Source: Hyphomicrobiales bacterium (lineage in GTDB: Bacteria; Pseudomonadota; Alphaproteobacteria; Rhizobiales; OSC116). From it: 64,000 nucleotides of DNA. How positions within the stretch are numbered: the stretch's first letter is position 1; every line of letters begins with the position of its first letter. Below are positions 59,991 through 64,000 of the stretch, piece by piece. The notes below the pieces were generated by a model, which ran no database searches, had not been told where the DNA came from, and saw only the letters and a list, made by a program, of their open reading frames with translations. The DNA lies in the NCBI GenBank assembly GCA_051531935.1, contig JAOPTR010000022.1, positions 1,963 through 65,962 on the forward strand, read 5' to 3'. Both the position numbers and the translations under genes were made by a program.

Positions 59991-60799
59991 TCGAGAAATT
60001 CGAGTTGTTCGGGATGGGTGGCTTCAATCATCGGGCCCCCGCGCTGCTCTAACCAACCACGTATGCGGATGGTTTTGCCTACCAATGCCGAAAAATCTAA
60101 TTTAGATTGGGCGAAGGCCAAACGATTGGCTTTTCGGACATTTATGGTGAAATCGGTACGGTAATCACTGCCAAAATTAAAGTATAATTGCCCATATCTA
60201 TATTCAAATTTAAGCAATTTACCTTCGATCAATTGATAAGTGCCATGCTCTTTATTGAGTTTCTTAAGATCGGTTGCTTGAATGATATCGTAATATTTTT
60301 GGTTCCAAATATTCTTATTGGCCTTGCGTGCTTGGTCCTCGGCGGCATATAAATTATATATGCAGGAACGGTTGTCCTTAAAACTATATGTACGGGCAAG
60401 GCCTTGTTGCAGCATATATTCTTGCAGCCATATTTTTTGTCCGTCATCATCTGTTATGAATAAATGTGCGAGGATGCGACGATGGCGATCTATTTTTTGA
60501 CCACCATATTTAAGTTCGACATCTTTACCAAGGGCGATGTTTTCTAGCTCGTTTTTGGCGATGTCTGCCAATGGCCAATCTATGAATTTTTTGCGACTTA
60601 GTGCCAGCTTTGGGGCTTGCGTGCCGACCATACGCACTTGTTTTCCAGAGCTGAGAATGACGGTGTCGCCATCGACGATCTCGACGATTTTATCGGTTCC
60701 ACCTTGTTTTAAGTTGCAACTTGCATAGGCTTGGCCGCCAGCCATAAGATACAGGCCAGAAGCCAGAATGTTGCTGTAGGTTTTGCGCTTTATAGCCAT
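59987..60799 (-). CDS. Secreted thermonuclease (SNase-like) family protein
   Basis: Signal peptide (ILASGLYLMAGGQAYA). DGDTVIL..G..VRMVGTQAP, D.HRRILAH, GLARTY and AE.QARKANKNIW match the staphylococcal-nuclease fold pattern, with an extra C-terminal domain. Its stop overlaps the convergent epimerase stop. Confidence 0.75.
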   Translation of the reverse strand: MAIKRKTYSNILASGLYLMAGGQAYASCNLKQGGTDKIVEIVDGDTVILSSGKQVRMVGTQAPKLALSRKKFIDWPLADIAKNELENIALGKDVELKYGGQKIDRHRRILAHLFITDDDGQKIWLQEYMLQQGLARTYSFKDNRSCIYNLYAAEDQARKANKNIWNQKYYDIIQATDLKKLNKEHGTYQLIEGKLLKFEYRYGQLYFNFGSDYRTDFTINVRKANRLAFAQSKLDFSALVGKTIRIRGWLEQRGGPMIEATHPEQLEFLD

Positions 60800-60854
60800 G
60801 AAATTGCGTATCCTAATGAGCTAGCCCACCGTGAGGTGGGCATAGATTTATATA

Positions 60855-62168
60855 TTATGTATTGTGCAACAGGCCTTGGAAAGCACGGTAAGACGCTTTT
60901 GGCGTTCTCACTTGGGTTTTATAATCGACATGCACCAAACCAAAACGTTTGTTATAGCCTTCTGCCCACTCGTAATTATCGAGCAAAGACCACGCGAAAT
61001 AGCCTTTCATATTAACGCCTTTGGCTTTGGCGTCTAGTACAGCTTGTAAATGATCGTTATAATATTTAACGCGGCGTGGATCATCCATACCTTCGACCTC
61101 GGCCATGCCGTTTTCGGTTACATAAAGTGGTATTTTTGTGTAATCGTCAGATATGCGCGTGAGGATATTTTCTAGACCTTGAGGGTAGATTTCCCAGCCC
61201 ATTTCGGTTGTTTCGAGGCCACCTTTAACGGGAGCGATTGGAAATACAGGTAGGCTTTCATCGTATTTGATTACGCTGCGGGTATAATAATTTACGCCCA
61301 ACCAATCGAGCGGTGTGGAGACTGTTTTCATATCGTCTTCAAAACCTTTTGGCATATTGCCGCCGAATGTTTCGAGCATATCATCTGGATATTGGCCTTT
61401 AAACACGCCATCTAAGAACCAACGGTTGAAAATACCATCGGCGATATGTGCGGCTTTTTTATCTTCGGCGCTATCGGTTGCGGGCATATCCCACTCGAAA
61501 TTAAGCACGATGCCCATATTGTCGCCGCCTTCGGCACGCATGGCTTCGACCGCTTTACCATGGGCAAAAAGCACATGATGCATGGCGCGGGCAGTGGCGC
61601 GGATGTCTTTATAACCTGGAGCATGTGCGCCTAGGAAATGTGATAGGAATGATACGCACCAAGGCTCGTTAATTGTAGCCGTGGTTTCGATGCGGTCACC
61701 ATAGCGTTGTTGCACTAGACTTGCATAATCGGCAAACCATGAAGCCACATCGCGGTTCATCCAGCCGCCTTTATCTTGCAATTCTGAAGGTAGATCCCAG
61801 TGATAAAGCGTTGCGAAGGGTTTAATGCCGCGCTCTAACATGCCGTCGATGAGGCGGTCATAATAATCGAGACCTTTTTCGTTAACAGCGCCTGTGCCTT
61901 CGGGGATAAGGCGTGGCCATGAAAGTGAAAAACGGTAAGCATCAAAACCAGCGTCTTTGATGAGGTCTAAATCGCCTTCCCAAAGGTTGTAATGATCGCA
62001 TGCTTGAACGCCAGATTCGAAATTATGGACATTGCCTGGCGTGCGGGAAAAGCTATCCCAAATAGATGTGCCGCGGCCATCGGTTTGGCCGCCTTCGATT
62101 TGATAAGCAGCGGTGGCAGCGCCAAAAATAAAGTCTTTGCCAAATTGATCGCGTTTTACGTTAAACAT
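60855..62168 (-). CDS. GH1 beta-glucosidase
   Basis: FIFGAATAAYQIEG, the acid/base motif TINEPW, and the nucleophile motif YVTENG. ATG at 62168 with SD gaggga. Confidence 0.9.
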   Translation of the reverse strand: MFNVKRDQFGKDFIFGAATAAYQIEGGQTDGRGTSIWDSFSRTPGNVHNFESGVQACDHYNLWEGDLDLIKDAGFDAYRFSLSWPRLIPEGTGAVNEKGLDYYDRLIDGMLERGIKPFATLYHWDLPSELQDKGGWMNRDVASWFADYASLVQQRYGDRIETTATINEPWCVSFLSHFLGAHAPGYKDIRATARAMHHVLFAHGKAVEAMRAEGGDNMGIVLNFEWDMPATDSAEDKKAAHIADGIFNRWFLDGVFKGQYPDDMLETFGGNMPKGFEDDMKTVSTPLDWLGVNYYTRSVIKYDESLPVFPIAPVKGGLETTEMGWEIYPQGLENILTRISDDYTKIPLYVTENGMAEVEGMDDPRRVKYYNDHLQAVLDAKAKGVNMKGYFAWSLLDNYEWAEGYNKRFGLVHVDYKTQVRTPKASYRAFQGLLHNT

Positions 62169-62329
62169 GAATTCCCTCATCATTGTATTTGCGCACGACT
62201 AAACCTCCTGCGTGCATTGCTATATCGTAAATATCGCGATTGGATTTGACAGTCAACCGCCATGTTGAAATTGGTAGCTACGGGGTTAGTTTTGTGTATC
62301 ATTTTGCGTAAATGCCGTTATAAAAAACT

Positions 62330-63262
62330 ATGTATTTTATTTTCTCAGTTATTGCGCCGATATTTATTCTCATTGGAATGGGCTATCTTGCGGTTAAAGT
62401 TAAGTATTTTCCGCAGGCGGGCGTGGCAGGGCTAACGGGCTTTGTAAACAATGTTGCTGCTCCAATTTTATTATTTAGAGCCGTTTTGGGCTTAGATTTT
62501 AGCACGGCATTTCATATTAAACTGGTAGCGCCCTATTTTTTGGTGGCATTGCTTGTATTTTCTATCGGCATAGCTGTGGCGCGGGTGGTGTTTAAACAGC
62601 GCCCCGGCCATGCGGTTGCCATTGGGTTTAGCGGGTTTTTCTCGAATGGATTGTTGATTGGTTTGCCCGTTATTCAACGTGCTTATGGCGATGAGGGTTT
62701 ACTTTTATTGTTTACGATACTTGGCATTCATGCGCCCATATTGTTTACGGCAGGCATGATAACCATGGAATTATCGCGCAAAGACGGGCAGCCATTGGGC
62801 AAAACATTTGTGATTGCCATTAGGAATGTTTTAAAACAGCCTTTGGTGATTGGCATCTGCTTGGGATTTATCGCCCGTTTTGCGGGTTTGGAATTGCCGC
62901 AGATTTTAGATGAAACCACAAAAACCATTACTTTAGCCGTGTTGCCGTGCGCATTATTTGGCATTGGCGGGGCTTTGGTGCAATATAAATTATCGACCGT
63001 TTGGCATTTGGCGGGGGTGATGGCGCTTATTAAGCTTGTATTGCAACCGTTTATTTTGTGGCTGGTATTGATGCCCATTATGGGCGTTGAAATGGAAGTG
63101 GCGCGGATATTTATTGTATTGGCGGGAATTCCGACAGGTATAAACGCGTTTGTATTTGCCACTTATTACGACCGCGCGGTGAATGTAGCCACTAATGTAT
63201 TGCTAATTAGCACTGTTGGTGGCTTTTTTAGCCTTAGTTTTTGGTTGTGGTATCTAAGTTAA
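62330..63262 (+). CDS. AEC (auxin efflux carrier) family transporter
   Basis: 310 aa with about 10 TM helices. The N-terminus FSVIAPIFILIGMGYLAVK and overall architecture are typical of the AEC family. Confidence 0.8.
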   Translation: MYFIFSVIAPIFILIGMGYLAVKVKYFPQAGVAGLTGFVNNVAAPILLFRAVLGLDFSTAFHIKLVAPYFLVALLVFSIGIAVARVVFKQRPGHAVAIGFSGFFSNGLLIGLPVIQRAYGDEGLLLLFTILGIHAPILFTAGMITMELSRKDGQPLGKTFVIAIRNVLKQPLVIGICLGFIARFAGLELPQILDETTKTITLAVLPCALFGIGGALVQYKLSTVWHLAGVMALIKLVLQPFILWLVLMPIMGVEMEVARIFIVLAGIPTGINAFVFATYYDRAVNVATNVLLISTVGGFFSLSFWLWYLS

Positions 63263-63866
63263 GCAATGAAACTACGATTGAATCGGTGAGCGTTTTGGCG
63301 GTTGACCAAGGGTAATCGGCAATTGTATTGGCACAAAAAACGATTCCGATGAGGGCGCTGATAAGACCATCGGTTTTTAGTTTAATCTCTTGGTTATCGG
63401 GTGTGTGATTTTCGCCGAGTGCCAACATGACCAGCCCCGAAAAATATTTAAAATGTGCCAATGTGGCTTTGTTTTTTAAAAAAGAATCTACATCTGGGCG
63501 CTCTATGCCTGCGGACATAAAGACCAAGCGGAAATGGTCGGGGTTTTTGAGCCAGTAATTGGTGAATACCTGTGAAGCGACTAATATGCGTTGGGTTGGG
63601 CTTTTAGATATATCTACTTGGATGCGAATTTCTGTGAATACAGTTTCTAAGACCACTGCCCATAAATGTTGCAGAATATTAATTTTACCATCGAAATGGG
63701 CATAAATGGTCATCGGGGCGCAACCGACCTCTTTGGCGAGGCGGCGCATGGAAACGGCATCATAACCCTCCTGTTGAAAGAGCTTTAGTGCATGTTCGAT
63801 GATTGTGGCACGCACCGCATCAATTTGTGCTTGATTGCGGGGTTTTCTACCTTGTTTTTGTGCCAT
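63234..63866 (-). CDS. TetR/AcrR family transcriptional regulator
   Basis: N-terminal HTH IIEHALKLFQQEGYDAVSMRRLAKEVGCAPMTIYAHFDGK. Overlaps the convergent AEC gene by 29 nt. Confidence 0.85.
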   Translation of the reverse strand: MAQKQGRKPRNQAQIDAVRATIIEHALKLFQQEGYDAVSMRRLAKEVGCAPMTIYAHFDGKINILQHLWAVVLETVFTEIRIQVDISKSPTQRILVASQVFTNYWLKNPDHFRLVFMSAGIERPDVDSFLKNKATLAHFKYFSGLVMLALGENHTPDNQEIKLKTDGLISALIGIVFCANTIADYPWSTAKTLTDSIVVSLLNLDTTTKN

Positions 63867-63890
63867 TTGTGCCTCGACGCATTTAATTAG

Positions 63891-63943
63891 TACGCGTTAC
63901 ATTAATATTGACTTGTGTGCTTGTTAATTATATATAACGCGTA
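63891..63943. promoter_or_regulatory. Inverted 9-mers upstream of the TetR gene (candidate operator half-sites)
   Basis: tacgcgtta (63891-63899) and taacgcgta (63935-63943) are reverse complements. Each contains the palindrome acgcgt. They lie 25-77 nt upstream of the TetR start. Confidence 0.3.
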
Positions 63944-64000
63944 TCAGTAAAATAAATCCTGTATTTATGTTCAAATAATCATTTTGATAATATACAGGTC

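Noticed and set aside
58025-63866. Right-end block (LysR, epimerase, secreted nuclease, GH1 beta-glucosidase, AEC transporter, TetR) as a possible novel system
   Set aside because: The genes are in mixed orientation with independent regulators and unrelated, individually well-known functions. There is no coupling or repeated architecture suggesting a single system. It looks like ordinary accessory metabolism.

Overview
This window looks like a core chromosomal segment of a moderately low-G+C alphaproteobacterium. That assignment is an inference from gene content and synteny: hemC-hemD-mic60-like-hemY-like, lysC-ptsP, prfA-prmC-DUF4167, rsmB-heparinase-like-purH, trm112 next to a LON N-domain gene, DUF1674, and a 1.6-kaa NAD-glutamate dehydrogenase. 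I call about 57 protein-coding genes, one tRNA-Gly(GCC) and several intrinsic terminators. One of the genes is a partial leuS at the left edge that is missing from the supplied ORF track. The coding content is almost all housekeeping: translation, heme, purine and folate metabolism, a liv branched-chain amino-acid ABC transporter, central carbon metabolism, and PTS-Ntr. A small accessory-looking block lies at the right end (LysR, epimerase, secreted nuclease, GH1 beta-glucosidase, AEC transporter, TetR). I found no transposase, integrase, CRISPR array, phage genes, or recognisable defence, secretion or toxin-antitoxin module. I cannot honestly point to a novel multi-gene system. The most unusual sequence-level signal is a 604-bp, locally G+C-rich, non-coding mosaic of long repeats (two direct copies, one inverted copy, plus a second repeat type). 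It fills a convergent gene junction at 9179-9782, and a degenerate relative sits at about 36.0-36.2 kb. Other second-look items: a LemA/TPM cluster with a duplicated TPM paralog, a small membrane ORF translationally coupled to livF, an orphan response regulator coupled to a stand-alone cNMP-binding-like protein, the mic60-like gene, and a DUF4167 gene with an AAT/AAC-encoded poly-Asn tract. All product calls come from motif and family recognition by eye. No database search was run.
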